NCBI GenBank assembly: GCA_023132155.1
Contig: JAGLYP010000023.1
Span: 11,504-75,503, forward strand
DNA from: Candidatus Parcubacteria bacterium
GTDB lineage: Bacteria > Patescibacteriota > Patescibacteriia > Patescibacteriales > UBA12075
Direction: 5' to 3'
Length of the DNA: 64,000 nucleotides
The notes under the pieces were generated by a model. It did not search any database and had not been told where the DNA came from. It worked only from the letters and a program-made list of their open reading frames with translations. Below are positions 20,976 through 30,006 of this stretch, one piece after another. How positions within the stretch are numbered: the first letter of the stretch is position 1; each line of letters begins with the position of its first letter. The translations under genes were made by a program, and so were the position numbers.

Positions 20976-21413
20976 ATGTCAAATAAACTTATTAAATTTG
21001 AAATAGTCACACCTGAACGAGTTGTATTAAAAGAGCAAGTTGTTCAAATAACCGTGCCGACAAAACAGGGCGAGATTACTGTTTTACCAAATCATATTCC
21101 ATTGGTAGCGAGTTTAATGCCTGGCGTGATTGAAATTATTAGAGAAGACGGAAACAGCGAAATTATGTCTGTATCAGGCGGATTTATTGAGGTTTTAAAA
21201 GATAAAGTGGTTATTTTGGCCGATACCGCTGAAATGGCCGAAGAAATTGACATGACAAGAGTTGAAGAAGCCAGGGAAAGAGCGGAAAAAACCGTTAAAG
21301 AGTTAAGGCATTTTGACCGCGAAAGATTTGCGGGTATCAATGCCGGGATTGCCAAGGAATTGGCAAGAAGCAGGGCCGTGAAGAGATGGAAGAAGATTAA
21401 AAAAATTGATTAA
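20976..21413 (+). CDS. atpC: ATP synthase F1 epsilon subunit.
   Basis: An N-terminal beta-sandwich and C-terminal helices; 145 aa directly after atpD. Confidence 0.85.
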   Translation: MSNKLIKFEIVTPERVVLKEQVVQITVPTKQGEITVLPNHIPLVASLMPGVIEIIREDGNSEIMSVSGGFIEVLKDKVVILADTAEMAEEIDMTRVEEARERAEKTVKELRHFDRERFAGINAGIAKELARSRAVKRWKKIKKID

Positions 21414-21438
21414 TATTTTTGGTAAATATTTTTAGTAT

Positions 21439-21480
21439 GTTAAGCCCATTGAAAAGTGAACACTTTTCAATGGGCTTAAC
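21439..21480 (+). terminator. Long perfect hairpin after atpC (GTTAAGCCCATTGAAAAGTG-aaca-CACTTTTCAATGGGCTTAAC).
   Basis: 20-bp stem read from the sequence. Confidence 0.55.
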
Positions 21481-21484
21481 AGGT

Positions 21485-21512
21485 CTTGACAGTAAGTGAA
21501 AAAGTGATAGAA
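21485..21512 (+). promoter_or_regulatory. Sigma-70-type promoter for groES-groEL (TTGACA, 16-nt spacer, TAGAAT).
   Basis: The hexamers sit directly upstream of the CIRCE element. Confidence 0.6.
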
Positions 21513-21522
21513 TAATATTGTG

Positions 21523-21549
21523 TTAGCACTCTCACTCTCACAGTGCTAA
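21523..21549 (+). promoter_or_regulatory. CIRCE operator (HrcA-binding inverted repeat).
   Basis: TTAGCACTC-TCACTCTCA-CAGTGCTAA versus the consensus TTAGCACTC-N9-GAGTGCTAA (one mismatch); upstream of groES. Confidence 0.8.
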
Positions 21550-21686
21550 TTATTTTTTTTAAAATTAAACCAAAAATTAAATAATTAATTTTATCCACAG
21601 CGAAAAGCGTACAGTACACAGCATAAATTATGTTGTATGATATGTGATGTGTGTTGCGTGCTACGTGTTGTGTGATTCACATTTCT

Positions 21687-21977
21687 ATGAATATCAAACC
21701 AATTCATGACAAAGTGGCTGTAAAGCCGATTGTCAAAGATGAAGTTACAAAATCAGGAATTGTTTTGCCTGATACCGTTGATAAAGAGCGTCCTGAAAAA
21801 GGCGAAGTCGTTGCCGTTGGAGCGGGACGAATTCTTGACAACGGACAAACAGCGCCAATGAGCGTAAAAGTCGGCGATATTGTTATATTTAAAAAATATT
21901 CTCCTGATGAAATAAAAATTGACGGAGAAGAATACTTGGTTATATCAGAAGGAGATATAATGGCAATAATTAATTAA
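21687..21977 (+). CDS. groES: Co-chaperonin GroES.
   Basis: MNIKPIHDKVAVKP...GEVVAVGAG...; the start is trimmed to the conserved Met. Confidence 0.9.
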   Translation: MNIKPIHDKVAVKPIVKDEVTKSGIVLPDTVDKERPEKGEVVAVGAGRILDNGQTAPMSVKVGDIVIFKKYSPDEIKIDGEEYLVISEGDIMAIIN

Positions 21978-22070
21978 ATTTTCAATAATCAATATTCAAC
22001 ATTCATTCAATTCTTAATAATCAATTAAATTTTAAAATAAATTTATTGATTATTGAATATTGTTTATTGA

Positions 22071-23744
<1,674 letters not shown>

Positions 23745-23804
23745 AATGATTTAGGATTTATGATTTAGGATTTATGGTATAAATTAAGAGTTGAAAGATA
23801 ATTT

Positions 23805-23850
23805 AAAAAATCCGCCCCGCCTCTCGCGAGAGGTCGGGGCGGATTTTTTG
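23805..23850 (+). terminator. Rho-independent terminator after groEL; the canonical intergenic copy of the CCCCGCCTCTCGCGAGAGG-CGGGG palindrome.
   Basis: AAAAAATCCGCCCCGCCTCTCGCGAGAGGTCGGGGCGGATTTTTT. Confidence 0.75.
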
Positions 23851-23943
23851 TTTGCATAATTTTTAAAAATATAATATAATATAATTAAATGTGAATAAGC
23901 CATAGTTTTAATAATCATTAATCCTAACAAAAGGAGGTACGAA

Positions 23944-24468
23944 ATGAACAAAAAAATTGGCTTATGTATGTTGTTAGGCGCATTTTGCGCATTGTTTTTG
24001 GTAGCGGGCGCGACAGCCGACTTCATGGTGTCCCAGATGGCGATTACAGATTGCAGCATAAACGAGACAACCGAAAATCCAGTGAGGGATATGGTTGTTA
24101 TTACTGACGCGTTAACTGCACAGGAGGTCAGTTATCTCGTTTTTAACACTATTACGCCTGACATGATGGCAGCCGACGACACAGCGATCGGTCTTTGTGA
24201 ATTCGTAACGGCTAACGAGGCAACCGAAAATCCAGCGACGGATGTGGTTGTTATTACTGATGCGTTAACTGCACAGGAGGTCAGTTATCTCGTTTTTGAC
24301 ACTATTACGGTTGATGGTGTGACTAACAAAGACATCACAAATGACATCAGGAAATTTGTAACGGCTCAGGAGGTCCGTTCCCCCGTTTTTTGCTCTGTAC
24401 ATACAGCGGCGGATGAGTCTTCATTTTTCGCAGTCAAAGGCCATGTCGGCTATTGGTTAATGCTATAG
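23944..24468 (+). CDS. Secreted protein with two ~28-aa near-identical internal repeats; GC-rich with a strong Shine-Dalgarno sequence, probably acquired.
   Basis: A signal peptide; the repeats ENPVRDMVVITDALTAQEVSYLVFNTIT and ENPATDVVVITDALTAQEVSYLVFDTIT; about 46% GC; AAGGAGGT Shine-Dalgarno. Confidence 0.55.
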   Translation: MNKKIGLCMLLGAFCALFLVAGATADFMVSQMAITDCSINETTENPVRDMVVITDALTAQEVSYLVFNTITPDMMAADDTAIGLCEFVTANEATENPATDVVVITDALTAQEVSYLVFDTITVDGVTNKDITNDIRKFVTAQEVRSPVFCSVHTAADESSFFAVKGHVGYWLML

Positions 24469-24655
24469 TATACCATCTCCTTCCCTCTTTAAGTAGGGAA
24501 AATAGCGACCATAAGCCCGTAATTCCCCCTGACCTTTAATTGAGTGTTAAGAAAGCTCTATTATCGGTCAGGGCTTTCTTTTATTTTTAATTGCCTATTT
24601 TTGTTTATTATTATATAATCTAATTAAGCTTATAATATAATAATTTTCATAAATT

Positions 24656-25735
24656 ATGGAAAATAGTAAAAAACCGGTATATATCAATATTACCGCCATG
24701 GGGGTGGTAAAAATCATTTTAATTTTAGTTGTTTTTTATTTTTTATTTTTAATCAGGGAAATATTGGCAATATTGTTTGTTTCTTTGATTTTTGCCAGTG
24801 CGGTTGATCCTTGGGTTGATTGGATGCAAAGCAAAAAAATTCCCCGCGGATTGGGAGTTATTTTTATTTATTTGGTGATGTTTGGCGTGGTTGGCGCCGT
24901 AGTGGTCGCGATTATTCCTCCTATTATTGAACAAACCAATGAATTGCTTGCGAATTTTCCAGCGATATTTGAAAAAGTAATTTCCGGATTCCAGTATTTG
25001 CGCGATTATTCAATTGAGCATGGCATATTTGACAGTATAAAAGAGAATTTTGGTTCTCTTAGCGCTAATCTGCAAAATGCCGCCGGCGGAGTTTTTTCAA
25101 CGGTTTCCGGAATTTTTGGCGGAATTGTTTCTTTCTTTTTTGTTTTAATAATGACTTTTTATATGGTTGTTGAAGAAAACGCTCTTAAGAAAATCGTTTG
25201 GTCTGTCGCGCCGGAAAAGCATCAGATTTATATTATTAAATTAGTCAACCGCATGCAGAAAAAAATTGGTTTGTGGCTGCGCGGACAGTTAATATTATCT
25301 TTAATTATTTTTACTTTAACATATATAGGACTTCTTATATTGGGTGTTAAATATGCATTGGTACTGGCTTTAATAGCCGGTTTAACCGAATTTGTGCCGT
25401 ATTTAGGTCCGATTTTAGCTTCTGTACCGGCAATATTCCTTGCCTACACTCAAGAGCCTGTCTTAGCGATATTTGTGTTGGTTTTGTACTATGTTATCCA
25501 ATTAGTGGAAAATAATATTATAGTGCCGAAATTAATGCAAAAAGTAATCGGTTTGAATCCAATCATCAGTATCGCCGTGCTGCTAATCGGGTTTAAAGTT
25601 GCCGGCATAGTTGGGGCGATTTTATCAATTCCGGTTGCTACGGCCGTATCCGTATTTCTTTATGATTTGTTTGAAAGCAAGGTTAGCGGCCAATCTGCTG
25701 AAATAGATTCTTTTGAACAATCTCTTGACAGATGA
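24656..25735 (+). CDS. AI-2E family transporter (PerM/YhhT-like).
   Basis: 359 aa, polytopic, with the family-typical N-terminal TM pair and a conserved C-terminal region. Confidence 0.7.
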   Translation: MENSKKPVYINITAMGVVKIILILVVFYFLFLIREILAILFVSLIFASAVDPWVDWMQSKKIPRGLGVIFIYLVMFGVVGAVVVAIIPPIIEQTNELLANFPAIFEKVISGFQYLRDYSIEHGIFDSIKENFGSLSANLQNAAGGVFSTVSGIFGGIVSFFFVLIMTFYMVVEENALKKIVWSVAPEKHQIYIIKLVNRMQKKIGLWLRGQLILSLIIFTLTYIGLLILGVKYALVLALIAGLTEFVPYLGPILASVPAIFLAYTQEPVLAIFVLVLYYVIQLVENNIIVPKLMQKVIGLNPIISIAVLLIGFKVAGIVGAILSIPVATAVSVFLYDLFESKVSGQSAEIDSFEQSLDR

Positions 25736-25802
25736 GTAAAATCTGTTAAGATTAAACATCCAAAGTAAATACACAATTTTAATTTAACAAGGAGGTATCA
25801 CA

Positions 25803-26222
25803 ATGCTATTATCTTGTTCTTTACGTACGGAAACCAGATTGGCGATGATCCAATCACTTCGGATTGTCGGCGGCGCTACGGCGTCTATTTTTCCACAGGC
25901 GGAGGCAATGTTGCTTGGCAGTAATGATTACCAGAGTGCGCTTGAGTATGTGGCGGTCCGCAAGAGGATGAGCAGATATTGGTCTGTAATTGATTTCCTT
26001 TTCTGCGAGCTTCATCCGAGATGGCGCATAGCATGTTTTCGTTTTTACGCGGGCAATGGTCCGCGGCTCAAAGATCAAATCACGTCCGAACAGCTCGCGA
26101 CGTACAACAAACGATTGCTTAAAGCCATTGAGGTGGCTTACGACCTGTTTTGCGAACAACATCGTGAGAATTGGGGCTGGTACAGCGAGCAGGTGGAAGA
26201 AGCCATCAGAGCTGCCGCCTGA
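25803..26222 (+). CDS. Hypothetical protein, about 50% GC with a strong Shine-Dalgarno sequence (likely horizontally acquired).
   Basis: 139-aa ORF, AAGGAGGTATCACAATG, followed by two GC-rich hairpin terminators. Confidence 0.5.
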   Translation: MLLSCSLRTETRLAMIQSLRIVGGATASIFPQAEAMLLGSNDYQSALEYVAVRKRMSRYWSVIDFLFCELHPRWRIACFRFYAGNGPRLKDQITSEQLATYNKRLLKAIEVAYDLFCEQHRENWGWYSEQVEEAIRAAA

Positions 26223-26461
26223 ATCTTAACTGTAAACAGAAAAAGACGCGCGCAATGGCGCGTAAATTTAACCCCCGCGAACAGCAAGTTTATATGAATT
26301 TTGCTTAACGGGGGTTTATGTTTTTTATAAAGGAACTTAGCCCCTTATACGAAACTTGACATTTTTATTGGTATTTTTTGTGTTTTCCTGTATAATACAT
26401 AGTATAAGTGTGCCTTGTGGAAAAGACGCAAAATTAATTATTTAATAATAAATCAAAAATT

Positions 26462-26743
26462 ATGGCGAAAATGACAAAATCGCAATTGCTAACCGCATTA
26501 GCCGAGGCTACAGGGCTTAGCAAAAAAGACGTTGCTAATTTATTTGATAAATTGGCAGCTTTAGCCTATAGCGAGGTTAAAAAAGACGGAGAATTTGTAT
26601 TGCCCGGTTTTGGAAAGCTTGTAAAAGCTTATCGTAAGGCAAGAATGGGCAGGAATCCCGCCACAGGCGAGGAAATTAAAATTGCGGCAAAAACAGTTGT
26701 TAAGTTCCGTTTAGCAAAAGCCGCGAAAGACGCTGTATTATAA
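26462..26743 (+). CDS. hup: DNA-binding protein HU.
   Basis: MAKMTKSQLLTALAEATGLSKKDVANLFD...GFGKLVKAYRKARMGRNPATGEEIKIAAKTVVKFR.... Confidence 0.9.
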   Translation: MAKMTKSQLLTALAEATGLSKKDVANLFDKLAALAYSEVKKDGEFVLPGFGKLVKAYRKARMGRNPATGEEIKIAAKTVVKFRLAKAAKDAVL

Positions 26744-26760
26744 AAAAAGTGTATAAAATA

Positions 26761-26793
26761 CCCCGCCCCTCGCGAGGGGCGGGGTTATTTTTG
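26761..26793. terminator. Bidirectional terminator palindrome CCCCGCCCCTCGCGAGGGGCGGGG with a T-run.
   Basis: Perfect 10-bp stem between the convergent hup and HTH genes. Confidence 0.7.
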
Positions 26794-27111
26794 CCAATTT
26801 TCAATATATTGGCCGATTCCGTTTTGGTAGAGCTTGTTTCGCAGTTTTTTGTTTGAATGCAGATAATGAAGCGCTGATTTAAGATCCGTTTGGTAGCGAT
26901 TTTTAACTATTTTATATGTTATATTATTATTTTGAATAGCCCTTCTAATGGTTCTTGAATTTACTCCGCCAAGTTTTGCGGTTTCGGATACGGAAACCCA
27001 GATTGGATTTTTTATTTCAGTTAAAATAAGAATTTTTTCATCTTCTTTCTTTTTTTTACTATGCGATTTTTTTTTAATAAGGGGATCTGAAATTATTGTT
27101 TTTTCTGTCAT
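26785..27111 (-). CDS. Excisionase/MerR-like helix-turn-helix DNA-binding protein with a K-rich N-terminus.
   Basis: WVSVSETAKLGGVNSRTIRRAIQ is an HTH_17-type motif; 108 aa. Confidence 0.6.
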   Translation of the reverse strand: MTEKTIISDPLIKKKSHSKKKKEDEKILILTEIKNPIWVSVSETAKLGGVNSRTIRRAIQNNNITYKIVKNRYQTDLKSALHYLHSNKKLRNKLYQNGIGQYIENWQK

Positions 27112-27123
27112 ATATTAATATTT

Positions 27124-27274
27124 AAGTCTAGGTTAGCCTAGACTAAAGTATTAAAAAAATCTAATATTAAGTATTTTTTATATTTAAGTCTAGGTTAGTG
27201 TGGACTAAAGTATTGAAAAAATAATATAAAATAATAATATTTTTTATCAAAGTCTAGGCTGGTATAGACTTAAG
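27124..27274. repeat. Three operator- or iteron-like imperfect palindromes (AAGTCTAGG-N-CCTAGACTAAAG) at an exact 63-bp period, immediately upstream of the HTH gene.
   Basis: Copies at 27124-27148, 27187-27210 and 27250-27274. Confidence 0.65.
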
Positions 27275-27317
27275 TTGATTTGTTTTTCTATTTTTGCATA
27301 AATAAAGAAAAAAAGCA

Positions 27318-27550
27318 AGACCCCTTTTGTCATTCCCGACACACAATAGCCCCGCAGAGAAATTATATTAAATGATTGGGAATCTCTTTAAGAGCATCTA
27401 AACTATTTTTTAAAATAATTGTTAATATAATATTCTATTTACGTGTTTTGCTATTTTTTATGTTCGTGGTTTTTTACGAGATCTCCGATCATTTAATATA
27501 ATTTCCCTGCGGGGCTATTGTGTGTCGGAGATGACAAAAATAGGGGTTTT
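27318..27550. mobile_element. MITE-like element with ~70-bp terminal inverted repeats around a ~90-bp AT-rich core; no coding capacity.
   Basis: Left TIR AAGACCCCTTTTGTCATTCCCGACACACAATAGCCCCGCAGAGAAATTATATTAAATGATTGGGAATCT; the right TIR is its near-perfect reverse complement. A solo copy lies at 2196-2257. Confidence 0.65.
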
Positions 27551-27829
27551 TATTGCAATTCCCGTCTGTATATGCTAAAGTTTTGTTAATATCAACATAA
27601 CAATATTTCTTCATAATATAAGGAATTCCGCATATATTATTAATAAATTTGTTATATAAAAAAAGAAAAAAAGACCAAAAAAGTCTTTATTTTTTCTTTT
27701 TCTTGTGGAATAAATAATGTAAATTCACATTAATATATTCAAGTGTAACGTTTTTAGATATTTTACGTATTATTATATAGATGAGTTTAATAGGCGAATT
27801 TTATTATATTAAATTCATTTCTCATTTAA

Positions 27830-28387
27830 ATGAGCGCTAAGCGAATTAAAGATAAAATTTTATATCTACGATTGAAGCAGAAAGACAAGGAGGCTTTTAT
27901 TAAAGCCTACGATAATTATATTAATGATATATATCGCTTTATATATTTCAAAGTAGGCAGTAAAGAAGATGCCGAGGACATTACCTCGCAAGTTTTTTTA
28001 AAGTCATGGGATTATATTCAAAATAATGATTTATTGGAATATAAAACCATAAAGGCGTTTTTTTATCGCGTAGCGCGGAATATCATAATTGATCATTATC
28101 GCGGCAAGAACACTCAGGCAAATATCAGTATTGATAACAAGGAAAATCAGATTGACATAATAGACGAAAAAGTTGATTTAGGCAAAGAAGTGGATTTAAA
28201 AAATGATATAAAAAATCTCCAACAAGCCATGCGGGAATTAAAAGATGAATATCGCGAAGTTTTGATGCTTAGGTATATAAATGAGTTATCCATCAAAGAA
28301 ATCGCGGAAATTCTTGATAAAAGCAAAGGCAATGTTCGCGTACTAATTTTTAGAGCAATCAAGGCATTGAAGAATATCGTGAATTAG
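27830..28387 (+). CDS. ECF-type RNA polymerase sigma-70 family factor.
   Basis: Region 2 (DITSQVFLKSW...ARNIIIDHYR) and region 4 (LSIKEIAEILDKSKGNVRVLIFRAIKALK). Confidence 0.85.
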   Translation: MSAKRIKDKILYLRLKQKDKEAFIKAYDNYINDIYRFIYFKVGSKEDAEDITSQVFLKSWDYIQNNDLLEYKTIKAFFYRVARNIIIDHYRGKNTQANISIDNKENQIDIIDEKVDLGKEVDLKNDIKNLQQAMRELKDEYREVLMLRYINELSIKEIAEILDKSKGNVRVLIFRAIKALKNIVN

Positions 28388-28461
28388 ATTTCACGCGTTT
28401 TAGGAGCTAAGCTCCTAAAATATTTAATTTAAAAAGCCCCATCGCCATAAATAATTATTTT

Positions 28462-29466
28462 ATGAACGACAAACAGCTATTCAAAGAATTTAAAAAAATA
28501 TCCTCATTTAAACCTAGTCAAACATGGAAAGCTAAAAATCGGGAGCTTTTGTTAAGCCAAATTTTTTCAGCGCAAGAGGCCCTAAAGCCAAGTTATTTTA
28601 ATTCTGTGTTAAAAGGTTTTTCATTAATACCTCAATCAGCGATGGTTGCGGTTTTTATTTTGGCAATAACTTTAAGCGGAGGTTTTTTAGGACTGCGTGC
28701 CGCGCAAAATACCGTTCCGGGCGATTCATTATATATCGCGAAAATAGCCGGTGAAAAAACCAAATTGGCTTTGACTTTTAATAATAAAAATAAGGCGCGC
28801 TTGGGTTTGGAGTTTGCGGGCAATCGCGCCAAGGAAATAAATCAGGTTTTAGCCGATACGGATGTTGTTGAGGATAAAGATGAGAAAGTGGAAAAATTGG
28901 TGTTTAATTTTCATAAGGAAATAAACGGGGCTAAGTCGCGTTTGAAAAAAATAAATAAAAATAGCGAGCCGGCTAATAGTAAAAAAGAGAGTGAAAAAAC
29001 GCCGGTTGCCAGCCCTGAAAATAATTTAGCGCAAAATCAAACAGAAGAAAATGAATTGGCAAAAGATGATAGCGAGGCAGACGATAAGGAACCTCAGGTG
29101 TTTAGCGCGAATTTAGGAAAGGATGAAAACGGTTTGGAAATATATGACGCCAATGCGGGCGAAAGCGGAAGCGCTGTTGCTGTTGAAGAATCAGCTCTCG
29201 CGGATGAAGATGTTCAGAATGCCAGCACAACCGATGAAGGGTTCGCGGATGTTTCAACGACAAATCCCGAAGAAATATTAAAGCAAGCAGGCGATTCATT
29301 GGATAGCGATGATATAAGCGCGGCTTTAAATTTAATTGAAGAAGCCGGGCAGGTAATCAACCAAATTGAAGAAAACAGCGGAGCGACAAGCACTGAGGAT
29401 TTGAAAATTGAAGCTTTGGAGATTGAAGAGAGCGCGGCGACTACGAGTGAGGAGGGTGTAAATTAA
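28462..29466 (+). CDS. Membrane-anchored protein downstream of the ECF sigma factor (putative anti-sigma/regulatory partner), with an acidic C-terminal tail.
   Basis: A single TM at about aa 60-85 and a D/E-rich low-complexity C-terminus; the assignment rests on gene order. Confidence 0.5.
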   Translation: MNDKQLFKEFKKISSFKPSQTWKAKNRELLLSQIFSAQEALKPSYFNSVLKGFSLIPQSAMVAVFILAITLSGGFLGLRAAQNTVPGDSLYIAKIAGEKTKLALTFNNKNKARLGLEFAGNRAKEINQVLADTDVVEDKDEKVEKLVFNFHKEINGAKSRLKKINKNSEPANSKKESEKTPVASPENNLAQNQTEENELAKDDSEADDKEPQVFSANLGKDENGLEIYDANAGESGSAVAVEESALADEDVQNASTTDEGFADVSTTNPEEILKQAGDSLDSDDISAALNLIEEAGQVINQIEENSGATSTEDLKIEALEIEESAATTSEEGVN

Positions 29467-29481
29467 TTTTTTATTTTTTGT

Positions 29482-29636
29482 TATTGCGAGTGCCGGCGCG
29501 ACTGTCATTGCGAGCGACTATTACATTTGTCATTGCGAGCGCCAGCGAAGCAACCCCGTGGTACCTGCATTGTCCGTTGTAAATTCACGCCTATATTTTG
29601 TGGCACGGGATTGCTTCGCAAGCTCGCAATGACAAG
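29482..29636. repeat. MITE-like repeat with tandem TGTCATTGCGAGCG units and an inverted partner (CCAGCGAAGCAACCCCGTG / CACGGGATTGCTTCGCAAGCTCGCAATGACA).
   Basis: The inverted repeat is read from the sequence; it is related in termini to the elements at 27318-27550 and 56598-56738. Confidence 0.55.
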
Positions 29637-30006
29637 TATAATACTGATCTGTCAGTTCAAAAATATTCTGAATTGACAAATCCGTATTAAGCGGAGGCGG
29701 GCGAGACCAAAAAGGTCGATTCCTAAAACAGGAAGTTTTGCTCGGATTAATTAACAACAAAATCTTTTAAAATTTAACGCTTTATCAATAATATTTGATA
29801 AATCAACTAAAGCTTTTCCAAGCCCCGGTTTTAACAGAGCAGGGGGCGGGAAGTATCAAAGGCTTGTCGTTGGTACCGCTTGCTCGGGAGGACAGTTCTT
29901 AATCAAAGGGTCTGTTAAGTCCGGGGCATTGGAAGCGGGATTCCGGTTGATTTATTGCTTTAACATAAAGTGTTGATTTTAAAGATTAGAAAGGACATAA
30001 AAATTT

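Noticed and set aside
21600-21686. The G/T-rich tract (TGTGATGTGTGTTGCGTGCTACGTGTTGTGTG) upstream of groES as a possible RNA thermometer or repeat.
   Set aside because: It has no clear pairing with the groES ribosome-binding region or start, and no second copy in the window. It is left unassigned.
23944-24468. Possible diversity-generating retroelement, with the two 95-bp repeats as template/variable repeat.
   Set aside because: The differences between the repeats are not adenine-specific (T/C, G/C, A/G, C/T and CC/GT changes), both copies are inside one ORF, and no reverse transcriptase is nearby.
27124-27274. CRISPR array.
   Set aside because: There are only three copies, the units are palindromic operator-like sites at a fixed 63-bp period with non-unique spacers, and they sit directly upstream of an HTH gene. 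No cas genes are present.
29800-29912. SRP RNA, 6S RNA or RNase P RNA in the GC-rich region upstream of the surface-protein gene.
   Set aside because: It lacks the conserved SRP domain IV motif (GGAA tetraloop with the AGGAAGCAGC context) and the RNase P P4 motifs. It is more parsimoniously a structured 5' leader of the 30007 gene.
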